Made by a program: the position numbers and the translations under genes. Shown piece by piece: positions 1 through 12,447 of a stretch of DNA of 64,000 nucleotides. How positions within the stretch are numbered: the stretch's first letter is position 1; every line of letters starts with the position of its first letter. Source of the DNA: Glaucostegus cemiculus (lineage: Eukaryota); contig CDPCPM010000598.1 in NCBI GenBank assembly GCA_976551045.1, positions 930,001 to 994,000 on the forward strand, in the 5' to 3' direction. Below the pieces are notes generated by a model. That model was not told the origin of the DNA, did not search any database, and worked only from the letters and a program-made list of their open reading frames with translations.

Positions 1-1260
1 TCACAGGTAAAAAAAGCACTACAGGTCAGTCAGCCCACCAGACCTTCACCCGAATTTCAACCATTTACAAATCACCAATGTGAACTGAGCCCACAGGATG
101 GCTGCGTGTTATAGGGCAGTCGAGTCATGGCTCCCCCTCAAGGTCGCAAGCACATACCCTGCGATCTGCATGACACTCACCCCGGGGTGGTCAGAATGAA
201 GGCACTTGTGAAAAGCTGTGTGTAGTGGCCGAATATTGACACCGATATTGAGAATACGGAGTGCATCTGCCCTATTTGTAAGGAGACCCAAAAAGCATCA
301 CCAAAGTCCCCCCTTAAACCATGGGCCTGGCCCGATTCTCCATGGAAGCGCATTCATATCGACTATTTTGGACCGTTCTGAGGACACGCGTTTCTGATTA
401 TTGTGGGTGCCCAAAGTAGATAAGAGGCGTTACCTGCATATACATAGCGTTCCTCAACAACTACGATAACCAAACTACAGTCGGTCTCTACTACATTTGG
501 TATTCCGGAACTGGTCGTATCCAGTAATGGCCTGGCTTTTAGGAGCGCAGAATTTAAGGAGCTTGTAGAGAAGAATGGTATGAGGCACCTGACAACGGCT
601 CCACATCACACAGCTTCAAATGGCCTGGCTGAGTGAGCAGTGCAAAGGGTGAACTGAGGCCTTTCTGAACAAACAGAGTGATTTGATGATGAAATTAAGC
701 TGTTTCCTTTCCTATTGCTGAATCACCCCAAGTGAATTAATGGGTGCCTCCCTCGCTGGATTAATATTCAAACGGACATTATGCACCAGATTGGATCTCC
801 CTTAGCTGGTGTTCAGGAATGAATTTGTAGCAAGCAAGAGGCCATGAAACAAAACTATGATGCCCACACTAGACCGCGTATGTTTGGTGCCGATGTCGAC
901 TCATGCACGAAGAAAACTGGCAACCAGCCATCGTCAAACATTGTAGTAGCCAAGTTGCAGAATTTGAATTGCCAGACAGTTGATTTGTCAGGCGACATTT
1001 GGATCACATACGCCAGCAAACCGATGGAGGACCCGGCGAAGCCACAGAAGTATCCCCTGCCAATGAATCTACCCTTCAAGTAGATGAACCAATGGACACT
1101 TCATCAAGAGGGGAGGACCTTCACAGTCCAGTGACCTTGGAATCGGCTAATCAGGAAGACACCAAGAGAGAAGCCCCACCTCCCCTGTGGTGGTCCATGA
1201 GGGTGGACCCTGCCCTGCAGTTCCTCTTATTTGGGGGGGGGGGGGGGGGGGAGGGGGGGG
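1..1260 (+). mobile_element. Decayed Ty3/Gypsy LTR retrotransposon, 3' internal part (integrase) ending in a G-rich polypurine tract
   Basis: Frameshifted and stop-containing integrase motifs: HDTHPG..RMK, WPNID, CPIC, PWKRIHIDYFGPF, PELVVSSNG, LTTAPHHTASNGLAE. G-run at 1233-1260. Confidence 0.85.
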
Positions 1261-1265
1261 CGCGG

Positions 1266-1615
1266 TGAGATAGCGGAATGAACCAATTGCAGCAAATTGC
1301 ATGTGCGTGCCAGTCGGTCGATCATCCAGCGGATCAATGGCACAAATGTGGTAGTACACATGCACGTACCTATGTACATGCATGCTCTGGCCAGCCAATT
1401 AGCTGATTGCTTGGCAGAGGAATGATGCCCTCTGATGCATGCAACTTCACTTTTGGTGTGGGATTTCAGGGACTTGCTCACTTTTAGGTCTCCACAGACT
1501 TTCTCGTGGATCTAAAATTATAAGTTGCCCAGCTTCTGTATTTTGATTAATATGAATCAGTAAAGCTATTTATTCTACTGCACCGATGTCATTCTTGGTC
1601 TGTGCATATCTAACA
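1266..1615 (+). mobile_element. Putative 3' LTR of the Gypsy element
   Basis: Begins with TG just after the polypurine tract, has an AGTAAA polyA-like signal near 1560 and ends TAACA. The 5' LTR is not in the window, so the ends cannot be confirmed. Confidence 0.55.
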
Positions 1616-2094
1616 GAATCCACATACAAACTCAATTGGAAATCAAAACTGATTTCAGAGACAAGCTAGTTTTGAACAAAAAGAAACTAAATTTAAAGGG
1701 TTAAAGCAACAAGAACTGCACTGCAGATTGCAAAATACTTCTGATAAAAGAACATATCCAGATGAGGGAATAAAGAAAGATCAGACAAATCCATGAAAAT
1801 TTAAAGCAGCAGACAAGCATCACATTAAATCAGGTTTGCCAGTATATCAACCATCAAGATACTCTATCTATACAGGCCACCTGCAGAGCATTTGTCTTGG
1901 AACAAATGCTTGTTACACTATTCTACTCAGACTGACAGGCAAGAGTCCGTGTTTGGAAACAGTATCATTTCTTTTGCTGCAATTAGAAACTGTGCTAGAG
2001 TCTCTCAAAACCCTTCACAGATATAAATCAAAACTATTTACCATCAGTTATTCTGCTTCTGAATTTTTGAAAGAGAATAAAGTAGAGTCTCTAC

Positions 2095-2305
2095 CTCAAA
2101 TATCTCTTCCCTGGAAACCTCAATGCGACAGTGACCAGCCTGGGGCTGCTGCTGTGACAGCTCTTGTCTGAGGATCTTGAGCTTTTGGACCAAGTCTCGT
2201 TTATATCTAGGCACGGTAAGGCATTCAGCTTCATCAGGCAGGAGAATCGGAGGGGCCGGAGGGGGTTGCTGCTGTTGTTGCTGTTCTTTCAGGTGATTCT
2301 GGCGA
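2095..2305 (-). CDS. SMURF2: SMURF2 exon 11 (211 nt), linker and HECT N-terminal region: RQNHLKEQQQQQQPPPAPPILLPDEAECLTVPRYKRDLVQKLKILRQELSQQQPQAGHCRIEVSREEIFE
   Basis: Lies within ORF 2044..2421(-); acceptor tttttctatccag, donor gtagag. Confidence 0.97.
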
Positions 2306-2439
2306 CTGGATAGAAAAACAGAAGGATGATGAGAACAAGAACACTTTAAAATTGATCTGAAGAGTGCTCCGGGAATTTCTGGTACATCCCAGGAAGAGTT
2401 TGAGTTATACACCATCAACATATGCAGAATCAGACAGAT

Positions 2440-3010
2440 CCTTTCTCACCACCTCTAGAGCATAGTAAGAAGCAATTAACTGCATCAGCTATTCTTTCCA
2501 ACAGAAATCTTTGTTTAAATTGTTGGAGATTAAAATGATTTAGACCTAGGAAGGCAGGACTGTTGCATGAGGAGAGATCGGGTGAACTAGGCTTGTGTTA
2601 AATTTGGAAGAACAAGAGGAGAATTCATTAAAACAGAGAACTGATAGGGCTTGCAGGGAGCATGTTTCCCTTGGCTGGGGAGTCTAGAACCAGGGGTAAC
2701 AGTCTCAAGATATGGGGTACTATTATGTCTTCTATGTTCCCATATTTGTCCTCCTCCCTCAAAAAGCACACCAATGTATCCAATGTAGAGTTATGTGAAG
2801 TTACATGTTCGGGAAGGGCAAATCAAGTAAGATAAATGGTAGGCTACTGACAAATGCAGAATAGAAGGATCTAAGAATATATGGTCATAGATCCCTGAAG
2901 GTAGAGCCAGCTACACCACTGTCTCTCACTAAATTTCTTTTACAGGGAAGGCTGAGGGGAGATACAAATTGAAGTGCATAAAATTATGAGAGGCCAAGAT
3001 AAGGTGAAGA
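2440..3010 (+). mobile_element. Decayed CR1-type LINE fragments
   Basis: CR1 3'-region motifs (gagtctagaaccaggggtaacagtctcaagat; ggctgagggggagat...tataaaattatgagagg-like). Confidence 0.6.
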
Positions 3011-3339
3011 AGACTGTTGAAATACAAACAGAAAATGATGGAAACAGCAAGTCAGGCATCCGTGGAAAGAGAAACAGAGTTAATCTCAGGTTAAAGACCC
3101 TTCACCAGAACTGCAAAAGATGCATTTCACTGTGTTTTGATATACATGTGACTGATAAAGGAAGGAGAGAAAATAAATTACTATTTAATTTACGTCTAAA
3201 AAAGACGTACGGGTAGGTTAATTTGGGGGTTTAAAATGGGCGGCGTGGACTCGTTGGGCCGAAAGGGCCTGTTACCACGCTGTAAATAAATAAATAAAGA
3301 TAGATAAAAATGCAGCGAGGCTGGATGAAGGATGGAGGA

Positions 3340-4330
3340 ATAGGACAATTGGCATAATTCTGACATAAGATAAGTGTTGCTCTGGGGTTAAGCTGTGAAT
3401 GGCATCATCTCCTTCCCTTGTGATGAGACTATTCCCTTCGCGACTCCCTGATCTGCTCTTCTGGCGCCACCAAGCACCCCACCTCTTGAAGCACTTCCCC
3501 ATGAAACCATAAGAGTTGCAACACTTGTCCTTTTGGCTCTTCCGTTCCCACAATCCAGGGACGCAAATAGTCCTTCCTGGAGAAGCAGCAATTCAGTTAC
3601 ACTTCTTCCATCCTGGTAAACTACATTTGGCATTCAAAATGTGATCTCCTCTACATTGGAGAAAACAAATGCAGATTGGGTGACCGCTTTACTGAGTGCC
3701 TACATTCATTACGCAGGTCTTCCTGTTGCCCACCACTTCAATTCTCCATCCCACTCTGACCTGTCTGCATCCTCCTGCACTGTTACAATGAGGCCCAACA
3801 TAAGCTTGAAGAACAATACTTTGTCTTCCCCCTAAGGATGGTGCAGTCTTCTGGACTCAAGTTTGAATTTACAACTTCATCTAACTTGCCTTTTCCATGT
3901 AATAGTCCAGGTAATTCATCTTTGATATTAGCTCAGTTTTTTCTATCTTCTTTAATAGTCTTGCCAGCTGGGCACGATCTGCAGCCCTGCATTTCACATC
4001 TTTTATGCTCCTTTGTTTGCATTTTCACTTTCTAACTTCCTTCATAGATGTTATGAACAAAGGAGCACGTTCTTTCTGCCCCATTAACACATCAACCAAA
4101 TGCTCTCATTTACAGCTTATCCCCATGACAATCCTGGCTTCACCTTACAAATATTCCGTGTCCTACTCATCCATATCTCATTCTCCGAGCAAATTAATCT
4201 CAGTTTATTTTCTCTCCTTCCTAGTTCAGACAAACTGACATGTTAACTCTTTCTCTTTTCACAGATGCTGCCAGTATATTTTGTTTCTATTTCAGATTTC
4301 CAGCATCTGTAGTGTTTTTTATTTCCGTTG
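3340..4330 (+). mobile_element. Penelope-like retroelement fragment (GIY-YIG endonuclease region and 3' terminal repeat)
   Basis: Degenerate CNTCP and C.LLYIGE.K.RLGDRF.E.L motifs at about 3520-3710; terminal cagatgctgcc...ccagcatctg segment. Confidence 0.75.
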
Positions 4331-4339
4331 ACTGTTGAA

Positions 4340-4660
4340 TAGGAAAGCTCTTATCTTTATAAACAAGACAACCACAAGCAGCATAGATTTAAGATAATAG
4401 GCAGAAAGTGTGGGAGATAGTTGAGGAAATATTTTTTCACCCAAATACTGCCAGGGGTCTGGAACTCACTGCCTGAGAAGGATGCTTGGGGCAGAAAATC
4501 ATAATACATTGAAAAAGTATCTGGATGAGCACTTAATATGCACAACCACCACCAGACTATAGATCAAGAGCCGGGACATGGGATTAGTTGGAATAATTCT
4601 TGGCTGTCCTGAACATGACTGGCCAAATGACCTATACCTGTTGGTGCATTCCAATGATTC
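4340..4660 (+). mobile_element. CR1 LINE 3' end
   Basis: gaggaaatattttttcaccca...ctggaactcactgcctgagaagg...aagtatctggatgagcactt, typical of a CR1 tail. Confidence 0.7.
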
Positions 4661-4668
4661 TATGCACA

Positions 4669-4806
4669 TTCCTTCTTTTGGTAAATTCTGGAAGGCAGTT
4701 AGGAGATGTGCGTTTCCTTCTATCGGTAACTTCTGGAAGGCAATTAGGAGATGTATGTTTCCTTCTATCGGTAACTTCTGGAAGGCAATTAGGAGATGTG
4801 TGTTTC
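4669..4806. repeat. Minisatellite, 3 x 45 bp
   Basis: Unit TTCCTTCTATCGGTAACTTCTGGAAGGCAATTAGGAGATGTRTGT starting at 4669, 4714 and 4759. Confidence 0.95.
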
Positions 4807-7192
4807 TCTCCTTAAAAGCAGGAAAATGCAGCAAATGTAGCATCATACTAGAATCACACAGGACAGGATAAATCACCTTTGTGACTATAGAACAAATAGG
4901 GTTCAGAAATCCAGTTTAGATTATGTTAATGTCAATATATTAATGATAAAGGAAATATTGCCCCTTTTTTTTGAGTAGTTGTAGATGGTGAATAGGAAAT
5001 GCAAAAATCAGGGAAATGGGATGGAGAATCAGAAACTTTCCTTTAACAGTGACTAGATTTCAGAAGTTACTAATTGGCCACAATATGCTTCTAAATTCAG
5101 AGGCTGTAAAAGGCACTGTATAAGCAATGTTTTTTTCCCCTTCTAGTGACAGAAAAGTAATTCTCCCACAACAATTTTCCCAACCTCAAATCCCTACTCT
5201 GAAGAGTGACAGCATGGCTGGTTAAAATGGTATACATTAAGAATGTTTTGATTTAAATACTGTGGGGTCATTCTAAAACAATGCTAATTGCAAATCTCGG
5301 GATTTTACAGCAGGGACCCTGGTAGAGAACAGAGACAGGAGAAAAAATAAGATTTCTGCCAAATAGAAACCCTTCTTCAGTCTAACCCATAATCTAATTA
5401 ATACAGCAGCTGCATGAGAAAACATTTATAAACTAAACAAGGTCATTCTGAAAGCAATAGTAATTCTGGACTGCTGATTCTTGCTTCCACCAATCGTCAG
5501 GGCCAAAAAGAACATCTCAGATTTAAGAGTACCATTTCAAAATACAACAGCATGCCAATCTTTACACCTTTGATCTAAGCTCTGTACCACATCATGTTCC
5601 AAGTAACTGATTGGCAAGAGCCTATTACTGACAAAATGCTGTTTGTATTAGCAACCTGGCTGGGACAGTGTTCCTGGCTGGCTGACCACAGGAATGAGGG
5701 AATTTTTCAGTACTACCCATTGGCAATAAAACTAGAAAAATCTTTGGCAATTGTTGCAAATCTCTGCAGCTCATAAACAGATGGCCTTTCAGGTACTTTT
5801 GATTCATTGTTTTAATGGTATGTTTTAAATAGCTATAATTTGAAGGATAATAAACTTCTGTGTCTCTATTTAAAATTGCCTAACTACTCTAAAGAACACT
5901 TCCAAACAAAACGAGTTTCACTTTTGGGATTATAATTCTTAAAAGTTTTCACATTTACTATGCGCTACAAACGGTTTTCTGAAACAAATATACAAGTTCA
6001 AAAGCTGCAAGAGGGTACAAGCATATTTTAGAAGCTAAACCACAATTCCAGTTTGAACAATGAGGATGAATTTTTCACAATTTCTAAGTTAGTGAGGGAA
6101 TGGTTTCTAAAACAATGAGAAACTTAAAACAAAAATTAACCTAGTATCGGAGAATCATTTGTTTTAACTTGTGGCTTAAATTTAAATTCAGATTCTCATG
6201 GCAATTTCTGTACAACTTCCATTCCTTCTATTTGCCTCAAACATTTGGCTAACATCAACCAAAGGAAACCCCTTGGAGTGCACCTGCTGTACAAGTCAGG
6301 GCACTGGTCTTTTAAGGTTACATTGTAACTCATCTTAGCCTCTTCGTAAATTTGTTAGGTTGTTCCAAATTCTCCACAGGGTGGAATATATAAAATGCAA
6401 AAAATTTTAAATAAAATGTTGTTTACAAAGCACACGTTCTGGTTGTTCTCTGCAGATTCTCCTTGCCCTCAGACAAAACTCAAAACAGGCTTTTCTTTCC
6501 ACCAGTAGTTTTTACATTAGCAAGAGTTATTATTTTTGGATAAAAATTCCCATGCTACTGGCCACAAACTACTTTCATCTTGGTGAAAGACTAGACTATG
6601 AATGAGCCAGGGCTTAACTGGCAGCAATACAAATCTTGCTTAGTGCAAAATCATGATGAAAATCATAGACACAGCCATACATACAAACACACATCACACC
6701 TTGCAACAACATACAATAATTACTTAAGTGCTTAAGAAATGAGGAGCAGCCCATATAGAACCTCAAGTCGACTCCACCATTGTGAAGACCATGGTTGCTC
6801 TGCTGTTTGGCATGAGCTTCACATCTCTGCCAATAGCCTTCGATTCCTCTATAGTATAAAAATATGTACCTTGGCTTCGAATATACCAAATGATTCAGTG
6901 TCCACAGCCTTTTGGGCTACAGAACTTCAAAGATCCATGGGTTTCTGAGAAAAGAAATTCCTCCTCATCTGAGAAGAGCACCGTCCAGCTCTGCTTGGTC
7001 TCTCCTGCGATGGAGAATCTTTCATCCCTGGAACCAGTCCTGAGAATTTTCTCCATGCTTCCTCTATGGCAAATATGCTTTTTTTTATTGGAAAAGGTAA
7101 TGCAATTGTTCATAATACTCCATGTGCACCAGTCTCATCAAGTCCAATATATCTGCATCATTACATCTCTGCTCCTGCCCTCAAAACCTTGT

Positions 7193-8230
7193 ACAGGTGA
7201 CCCCCATGTTATAGAGGGGTTACATTCCTAGAAAGCAGTCCTTGTTGCAACTTTCTGTAAAGCGAACCCCCCTCTCCCATTGAATCTCACATTATAAGTG
7301 GAAATGTATTCCCACTGGATGTTTTTCCTCTCATGTTAAGCTGTTTGATCGATGATGACGAAGTGACTCTCTGCCACTGAGGACAGCTGAGGACAACATT
7401 AGACTCGGGGCATGGACAAGGTTCATTGAAAGAAACAACAAATTTTGTCAGTTTTTATTTTTACTTACTCAATACCATGGGGCAATAAGATTTGGATGTG
7501 ACGCCACTGCATTGATTGGACTGGTAGTCACAGCTGAGTCCCTCTTCTTCAGTCCGATGTCATGCGAACAGACATCTCAGAGCGCAGCACTACCGTGTTC
7601 TTTATCTGCAAGACACTTTCTCTGACATGCAAGACTTGTGGAGCGAGGAAAGGGTGCTCCTTTCCTCCTCCTCCTCATGGTTTTGGAAGTGGGGATATCA
7701 GGCAAAGGGATGGGATTCGAGGATCTGGGTTTATGGGAGAAAGTTGGTGTCGAAGGAATTCAGCGGATAATGGGTTAAAGTGCAGTGAGTTAATGGAAGT
7801 GGAATAAAGGCTGATGGATTATTTAAAGGAGCCAGCCGTGGCTTCTGTGGCTCCCCACAATGCAGCACATCAGAAAAAATGCCTTGCAGATGAAAAGCGC
7901 AGCAGCGCTGCACTCCGAGACCTCTGTTCACATGTCCTTGGTCTGGACGGGGAGTGACAAAGGAGGGACATGGCTGTGACTGCTATTCTAATTGACGTTG
8001 TGTCGTCATGTCCAAATCTCACTGCCCACGACTGAGTGACTAAAATTAAAAAGCTGACAACGTTTGTTGTTTCTCTCACATTTTGTATTTATTTCCTTCA
8101 TAAGTTCCATAAGAGCAAATCTTAATCTGTAGCTCAAATCTCTGGGTAGTGACTTGCGAATTCGGTAAGGGAAAATTTCTATAACCCAGACAGCTATATG
8201 TAGGAAATGTCTGTAATGAAGGCCAGCATA
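7193..8230. mobile_element. Possible Tc1/mariner (Tigger/pogo-like) DNA transposon relic
   Basis: Starts TA-CAGGTGACCCCC and is GC/CpG-richer than its flanks; the right terminal repeat was not clearly recovered. Confidence 0.35.
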
Positions 8231-9359
8231 TCATTTGTCTTCCAAAGCACTTGCTGCACCTACATTTTGGCTTTCGGTGACTTTTATACAAGTCCTAGGT
8301 GTTTTTGACCAACAACATGACCCAATCTCTCACCATGAGAGAGGAACCCTGATTTGTGTTTTGTGCATTGTATCTGCTCTGTTCTTGCCCACATGCTCAG
8401 CTTGTCTACATCTCATGAAGCTTCCATAAACTGATCATATTACTGGGATAATGAAAATGCTCTAATCGATATACTAACTACACATATCAAGATGCCATTC
8501 AACAGACAAGTACAACTTCACATATTTTAGCTCAAATTAGTCTCATAGACTAATGAGACATTAGTCTCATTTGAGACACAAATGAAAGCTAACAAAGCAC
8601 ATTACTCACATAAAGTGTAAATCAGGCTGCAAAATTTGATACCAAAAAACAAGAATTAGGATGCTGCTGCCCTAGCATCATTCTAATAGATTTGATTTTA
8701 AAATAAATAAGACAGCAAGAGTTTCCCATACTTTACTAATGCATACACACTAACTCACCAAAATTAAGACTCATCTTCAATTGTATGACAACTCATAATG
8801 ACATCAACAATCAGTCTGGCAATTTGAAGTAATTCTTATGTCTGGAATCTCAATTCTTTAGCTTTTAATTGATAAATTGTTCACCACTTTTTGCTTTCTC
8901 TCTCTCTTTATCCCATCTCTATTTCACAACCTCTAAATATTTTAGAATTGAATTAGATCTCAGCTCTCTTCCTGATTCAGATTCTGCACATCTTCAACAA
9001 TTCTTCAATCTGAATTTTCAAGGACATACACAGTTTACATGATTCATGCACTAAGGTCACCTTTGAAGGTAAGGAACCTAAATAGCCCTCCAAGTACAAA
9101 ATCCTTTTAAGAGCCAATAAGCAAGACCAATTGTGACATTGGCTGTTCTTTGCAAAACTGAGGCTGTTTAGATAGTCCCATCAGCAAAAAAAAATACACT
9201 TAGTATTAATTTATAGCAAGATATTTACACATTGACAAGGAATGTATTACTACCTTCAAAGCCCTTTGATGTCACGAGTTCTATTAATATTAATCATCAG
9301 ACTTTCATGCAACTGAATGAGTTGACCTTTCCCCACAATGAAATGAGAAGTTTGTTCTG

Positions 9360-9670
9360 AACACAAGAATACAAGAAATAGTAGGCCATAGGGCCATTAA
9401 GTCTCCTTCACCATTCAACAATATTGTGGCTGATCTTTTCCTGCATTATCTCAATATCCCCTGATTTCTCTCATGTCTAGATATCTACCCATTACAGTTT
9501 TGAATAGAAAGACCATCTCTCTTCAGCTCTCCAGGGAAGAGAACTCTGAGGATTCATCACTTTTTAAAAGGAGGAATTCCTTCTTGTTTCAATTATAAAT
9601 TGTCTACCCTTATTTTGATATTGTGATCCCATAGTTCTAGCCTCCTCACCCAGGAGAAAACATCTTCATG
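9360..9670 (-). mobile_element. CR1 LINE 3' end (reverse)
   Basis: Reverse-complement CR1 tail motifs (gtaggccat...ccattcaacaatattgtggctgatc...agttctagcctcc). Confidence 0.6.
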
Positions 9671-10549
9671 TCATGCTAGGAAATTACAGGCTCACTCGAT
9701 TTTCTGTGTTTTGGAACATAAAATTTCCCCTATGATGCAACCACTGAGCAGCAGCTAGGCTGGGATTCTTACTAGAAATCCCAAAGAATGGGTGACTAAA
9801 TTGTACCACATGGTACAGCTTCACTTAAGAAAATTTTAAGCTTTAAAGCTTTAACCAGCTTACCACATATATCCCAAAACTGAGCACAGAAAGTGGGCAA
9901 CAGTATTAACCATTTTGGGCCACAGCCCTCCAATGCAATCAAATATACGCTTGTTTTGACATCAACTCCAGTGTCAAACTCAGGATCAAAAAACTAGTTG
10001 TACTGCAAAATCTCCTTGAGGCTTGGGATTATTAGCTCCCTATAACAAAGCCGCCACAATATGAGATGTAATTTAACAGTTCATTTTAAGTGCCATCAGC
10101 CGCACCAAATGGCAGCAGGAAAAAAAGGGCACCATCACTAGCAGCAGCAGGAACACTACCAAAAGTGCTGGCTTTGGCATGCATCTTATTACTGAGGGAT
10201 ACAATAAAACTTCAGCTTTGTCCATCTAGTGAAACATGGCTGAAGTTTTTATAAAAGGGGGAACTTGAGATACAGAATTACTTCAGCAACAGTTCACATT
10301 CTTATAGCGTCTTCAAGTGCTTCACAGGAATGGTTGAAAATGTTGGCCACTAGGTAAACTCTCAGATAAAAATTGCCTAAAAGTTTATTCTGTTCAGAAC
10401 ATTAAAATCAGCAGAACAACTTAATTTTTTAGTAGGGACCATTCATCAGCTTATACAGAAATTTAACTAACCTCTTTTAGATACTGACTGCCTCTTGGGT
10501 TAACCACCTTCAATTGCGTCATCGGTGACCTTCCTTTTATTATTAGGTC

Positions 10550-11340
10550 AAAAGCACTGGTGTCTGTAATGATTGCACAATGTTCAATTGTATTTGCAAC
10601 TACTCAGACAATGAAGCAAGCCTGTGCCACCATGTAGCAAGATCCATAAGTTATTCAGGCATGGGTTGATAAATGGTACTTAAATGCTAGACAATGACCA
10701 TCTCCAATAAGAATATTTATCTCTTGCTTTAGTATTGCCAAGCCTCCCTCCATCTAATACTACCATACACCAGACACTTAACTGGACCAGCCACATAAGC
10801 ACCATGCCTACAAGAGAAGTCAGAGGCTGGGTATTTTACAGCTGGTGGCTCATTTCCGACTCCCCAAAGCCTTTCCACAATCTACAAGTAACAAATCAAG
10901 AATGTGAGGCAACATTCTCCACTTGTCTGGATGAGTGCAACTCAAACAACACTCAAAAACCTGTCCTGATGCAGGGTTTTGACTGGAAATATTGTCAACA
11001 ATTTCTTTCTTCCCAAAGATGCTTCTTGACCCGCTGAATTCCTCCAGCAGACAGTTTGTTGCTCCAGATTCCAGCATATGCAGTCTCTTATGACTCAAAA
11101 ATCTTCAGGGTCCAGGACAAAGCAGCCCACTTGATTGGTACCTCACCCAACATTTTAAGCATTCACTCGCTCCACTACCAGCATACACGGTTGTAGAATG
11201 CACCAGTCTTCAACTGCTCTACAGTTGCTCACCTTGGTGCCCCCAAAGCTGTGACATTTATCAAGCAACAGAAAGGAACATGGGAAATTTGGGATCGGCA
11301 ATAACTGCTGGCATTAATAGTGATGTTCATATCCTATAAA
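10550..11340 (+). mobile_element. Non-LTR retrotransposon 3' RT fragment (CR1/L2 group) interrupted by a Penelope-type terminal segment at about 10970-11095
   Basis: LNWTSHISTM, PQSLSTIYK and SPLVWMSA-like degenerate motifs. Confidence 0.6.
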
Positions 11341-12447
11341 TAAACTAAAAATCCATTTCCTGTATTCATTTATTTTGTTTGATTGGTATTGGTATTGCTC
11401 CCACTTTGAGCTTTTTCAACTCAACAGCTTGTGTACTTTAGGGAAATTACTGATTGATTAGATAAATGCTGACGAGAATGAGAATGTATGATAATGACCA
11501 CAAAACTATATGCTTCAGACATTTCCTTTACTTACACATAAGAGGAAGCACTGCTTGTAGAGATCACAACGTTGCACAAATGGTTTCCAAATATCTTAGG
11601 AAACTGATGCATCTCATTGGTATATATTTAAAAAAAACCACAAATGCAACTTTAGTGTCTGCCTTTTAAACCTCAGACTTTGCCATTAACCACCTGCCAG
11701 ACGACCTTTTCAGAAGAGGCACGTAGCCAAGTCTAAAGCCTTGCTTTTTACATTGCTTGAACAACTTACTGAAATTTGCAATATTAAAACTGTTTCTAAA
11801 GTAGTGGTTTTCTTAACTGTTTGCTCTGAAGTCGGAAACCCCTGCTATGGTAGAATTCCATACAGGTGACACTGCTGCCTCTTGATTTCTTGTCCTTGTT
11901 CATATGAAAGTCTGAACAGTCAGCCAGTTAACTATTTTACTAAGAAAGTAATCCTTACCTTATCAACCTGCTAGCCTTCCCAGGTAGATGTTAAGCAAAT
12001 GTTTCCCACTTGTGAGGTGGGGAGAAGGGCAGGAATAATGGAGAAAGGGAGAATCCAAAACTGGAGGCAGACAAAAAAAAGGATGTGCTGAAATGGTCAA
12101 AGTATGTTGGTTGAGAATATGCTCTTATGATATAAAGTCTTTGTGTGAGTCTGTGTGGTGGGGGAGGGGGGGTGGGTGGGGAGAGAGAAGAGGCTGAAAG
12201 AGAAATGGGTAACAGAGCTGCAGAGTTCAATGTCCCTTTGTCAAATTCAGGCCTTTTTCATTTCTAGAAACTGGCCAACTCAGCAGAGGTGTTGGATGAG
12301 ACCTTGCTTATCTTTGATTGAATGGCCATTTTGTACAGAGAACATAATGTGTATACAAGTTGTTCTTTAAAAGAATTTTTTCTTGAAGCATCAAAATGAA
12401 GCAACATGAGAATAAGCAACTGAAACACTTGCCATTCCCTCAATGCC

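Noticed and set aside
1147-1481. Poly-Pro and poly-Gly ORFs
   Set aside because: They are artefacts of translating the poly-G tract.
1482-1511. Apparent 30-nt AG...GTGAG mini-exon on the minus strand (IHEKVCGDLK)
   Set aside because: It lies inside the putative Gypsy LTR, has a weak polypyrimidine tract, and does not match SMURF2 exon 12.
4578-4871. ORF with repeated FWKA(V/I)RR, reminiscent of the HECT motif FWKAV; the repeat is also superficially CRISPR-like
   Set aside because: It is on the wrong strand for SMURF2 and is produced by a 45-bp tandem repeat with no spacers, in a eukaryotic intron.
6870-7063. Possible 194-nt exon in intron 10, open in frame for about 55 codons before a stop
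   Set aside because: The acceptor is preceded by an A-run instead of a polypyrimidine tract, and the peptide has no recognisable homology.
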